The position numbers and the translations under genes are program-made. DNA of 63,605 nucleotides, filler included, from Octopus bimaculoides (Eukaryota): NCBI RefSeq assembly GCF_001194135.2. It is 5 parts of 5 records of this genome, joined end to end, with 100 filler letters (N's around TTAATTAATTAA, not from the genome) between each part and the next. Parts side by side here need not be neighbours in the genome. Positions count along the whole stretch, not along the records: positions 58,528 to 63,605 come from NC_069002.1; 4 more parts are not named here. One strand, given 5' to 3'. The notes beneath the pieces were generated by a model, which was given only the letters and a program-made list of their open reading frames with translations, ran no database searches and was not told the DNA's origin. Below are positions 60,382-63,605 of the stretch, one piece after another (position 1 is the stretch's first letter; each line of letters opens with the position of its first letter).

Positions 60382-61044
60382 AACAATGGCAACAACAACA
60401 AGAACACCACCATGTAGATTTCATTCTTTTACACAAGGACTCATTACAACAAAAGGCAATAGATGAGACTATGTGATATTCATGCCGTTTCCATCGTCAT
60501 TCTAGAAAGAAACGAAGTCATATGATTTGAACCGGAAAAGGAGACAGGCCGGTCCAAAGCCTCTGGTCATAAGTCCCGGTTTTGCTCCAATTTCCTTACA
60601 AAATTGAGACCAACTCGGTGACTAATCTTTTCCAATAAACGATGCTCAACAGCTATTAATCACTGACTCTTATGTCTTCGAATGCGAGTTGTGGATGGGG
60701 CGGGTGTGGCTGTGGCGTTCATACATTTCTCCAAAGTCATTAACGGAAGAGTAAACAGATTTCTCAACTACAATCTACGTGATTAAGATCACGCAGTTCT
60801 GTTTCACCAGTGATCGACAAAATAATTTATAATATACATATGTAGCTGTGTATGCTTGTATGCATGCATACATGTATACACATCATACACACACATATAC
60901 ATGTATGTCCACATACATGCATACATACATACATACATACATACATACATACATACATACGTGCCTACACACTTGTATGTGATTGCGGATATGCGTGCAT
61001 CGTGAGTTTGTCACTTTGCATGTATGTATGTATATATATATATG

Positions 61045-61089
<45 letters not shown>

Positions 61090-61452
61090 NNNNNNNNNNN
61101 NNNNNNNNNNNNNNNNNNNNNNNNNNNNNNNNNNNNNNNNNNNNNNNNNNNNNNNNNNNNNNNNNNNNNNNNNNNNNNNNNNNNNNNNNNNNNNNNNNNN
61201 NNNNNNNNNNNNNNNNNNNNNNNNNNNNNNNNNNNNNNNNNNNNNNNNNNNNNNNNNNNNNNNNNNNNNNNNNNNNNNNNNNNNNNNNNNNNNNNNNNNN
61301 NNNNNNNNNNNNNNNNNNNNNNNNNNNNNNNNNNNNNNNNNNNNNNNNNNNNNNNNNNNNNNNNNNNNNTATATATATATAAATGTGTGTTGTGGGTATG
61401 TAGGTACATATATACATATATGTGTGTATACATATATGTTTTTATGAATATG

Positions 61453-61490
<38 letters not shown>

Positions 61491-61619
61491 TGTATTTGTG
61501 AGTTTGTGTTTGTGTGTGTGTGTGTGAAGACACATGCGATTGTCAAATGGTAACATACACACACACATCCACAAGCACACACACATTCACAAACACACGC
61601 ATACACATCAATTTCGTAC

Positions 61620-61660
61620 TTTATCCTCCTCTACCTCCACCTCCACCTCCTCCTCCTCAC

Positions 61661-61717
<57 letters not shown>

Positions 61718-61742
61718 TACCATCATCAACATCATCATCATT
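61620..61742. repeat. (CCT)n then (CAT)n
   Basis: Direct reading. Confidence 0.95.
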
Positions 61743-63474
61743 AATATCATTTGATTTAAATTCCATTTCATAAAAGGTGAGAACGCGAGGAGGCCTCACG
61801 ATGAAGAGAAGGGTGAACGAATTGACCAGCAACAAATGACATTGCGTGTCCCCTGAACGCAAGAGCCTGCAGGAATAGGTGGCGAAGGCGACGACCCGAG
61901 GCGTTAACGGAATTCGTAAACCGTCAGGGACGAAAATTGAATGCTGTTGTCGGGTTGTTGTGTTGTTGCGCTGTACTTAGCGCAGTGCTTCGTCCATATT
62001 ATATCGACCCCAGAGGGAACGGAGCAATAATGAGAAGCATATTTCTGTAGATAGATAAGGTTAATAAGTATTAAAGTGTGGCTTAATTCGAAGTATTAAT
62101 TGTGGTCTATTAATACCTATTATTGGTATTACTGCTTCTGTTTTCTATATTTGACGGTGCCATGCAGTCAAAACCATTTATTGCGGACCTGGCGGGCCTT
62201 CCTTGTTGGATATGGAAGAAATGAGAGCGAGAGAGAAAGAGAGAGAGAGAGAAAATGGGGAGAGAGAGAGGGGGAGAGAGAAAGAGAGAGAGGGAGAGAA
62301 AGAAAAAGAGAGAGGGGAAGAGAAAGAGAGGGGAGAGAGGGAGAGGGAGAGGGAGATGTAAGATGTGAGGAGAAATAAATTAAATATGTGGGATGGAAAA
62401 AGCTATATATANNNNNNNNNNNNNNNNNNNNNNNNNNNNNNNNNNNNNNNNNNNNNNNNNNNNNNNNNNNNNNNNNNNNNNNNNNNNNNNNNNNNNNNNN
62501 NNNNNNNNNNNNNNNNNNNNNNNNNNNNNNNNNNNNNNNNNNNNNNNNNNNNNNNNNNNNNNNNNNNNNNNNNNNNNNNNNNNNNNNNNNNNNNNNNNNN
62601 NNNNNNNNNNNNNNNNNNNNNNNNNNNNNNNNNNNNNNNNNNNNNNNNNNNNNNNNNNNNNNNNNNNNNNNNNNNNNNNNNNNNNNNNNNNNNNNNNNNN
62701 NNNNNNNNNNNNNNNNNNNNNNNNNNNNNNNNNNNNNNNNNNNNNNNNNNNNNNNNNNNNNNNNNNNNNNNNNNNNNNNNNNNNNNNNNNNNNNNNNNNN
62801 NNNNNNNNNNNNNNNNNNNNNNNNNNNNNNNNNNNNNNNNNNNNNNNNNNNNNNNNNNNNNNNNNNNNNNNNNNNNNNNNNNNNNNNNNNNNNNNNNNNN
62901 NNNNNNNNNNNNNNNNNNNNNNNNNNNNNNNNNNNNNNNNNNNNNNNNNNNNNNNNNNNNNNNNNNNNNNNNNNNNNNNNNNNNNNNNNNNNNNNNNNNN
63001 NNNNNNNNNNNNNNNNNNNNNNNNNNNNNNNNNNNNNNNNNNNNNNNNNNNNNNNNNNNNNNNNNNNNNNNNNNNNNNNNNNNNNNNNNNNNNNNNNNNN
63101 NNNNNNNNNNNNNNNNNNNNNNNNNNNNNNNNNNNNNNNNNNNNNNNNNNNNNNNNNNNNNNNNNNNNNNNNNNNNNNNNNNNNNNNNNNNNNNNATCGG
63201 TAGTGTGATGAGATTAGCGAAGTGTAATTAGCTGGTTTGTTGGTTGATTGGTTGGGTGGTTAGGTGCTTGGAGGGGGGAGTGTATGTATGGGGGTGCGGG
63301 TGGGTGTGGGTTGATGGTTGTGCAATGTCAGCAAAGGTGGCTGTAAATGGGGGAATTAGTGAAAGGTGGTGGTGGTGGGGTGGAGTATGAGAAACTGAGG
63401 GAAGACGTGACGGGGTGACACGGGGTGTGGGGTGAGTGCGGTGAGAAGGAAATGAGAAGAAAGAAAGTGGGCTA

Positions 63475-63543
63475 TGGATAGGTAGGTAGGTAGGTGGGTA
63501 CGTACGTTGATGAGTGTGTAAATAGATAAATAAGATAGATAGG

Positions 63544-63594
<51 letters not shown>

Positions 63595-63605
63595 GTATAT
63601 ATATA
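63475..63605. repeat. (AGGT)/(AGAT)n microsatellite
   Basis: Direct reading. Confidence 0.95.

Overview
This is a repeat-saturated, gap-ridden eukaryotic scaffold segment. The SINE families, the dense TA/CA/TACA/trinucleotide microsatellites and the C2H2-finger debris point to a coleoid cephalopod, probably Octopus (inference). No intact host gene could be supported, and almost all long ORFs in the track are N-gap or microsatellite artefacts. Contents: (1) at least five tRNA-headed SINE families, about 30 copies, including a recurrent dimer and a family with an internal microsatellite; (2) decayed Penelope-like retroelements (one RT plus GIY-YIG copy and two fragments of another type) and an RTE LINE 3' end; (3) DNA transposon relics: a Chapaev3-like element with a TTA TSD, two mariners, and four TIR-defined MITEs; (4) several large palindromes. 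The most interesting signal is a set of minimal type-I hammerhead ribozyme motifs, all on the minus strand, at 6696-6736, 20114-20155, 38105-38140 and, partially, 34376-34424. One lies inside a 216-bp non-coding element with a 12-bp TSD (retrozyme-like). A highly structured element at about 30400-30790 carries both hammerhead core halves in permuted order plus a pseudoknot. Family names come from memory of motifs, not from database searches, and identities are by-eye estimates.
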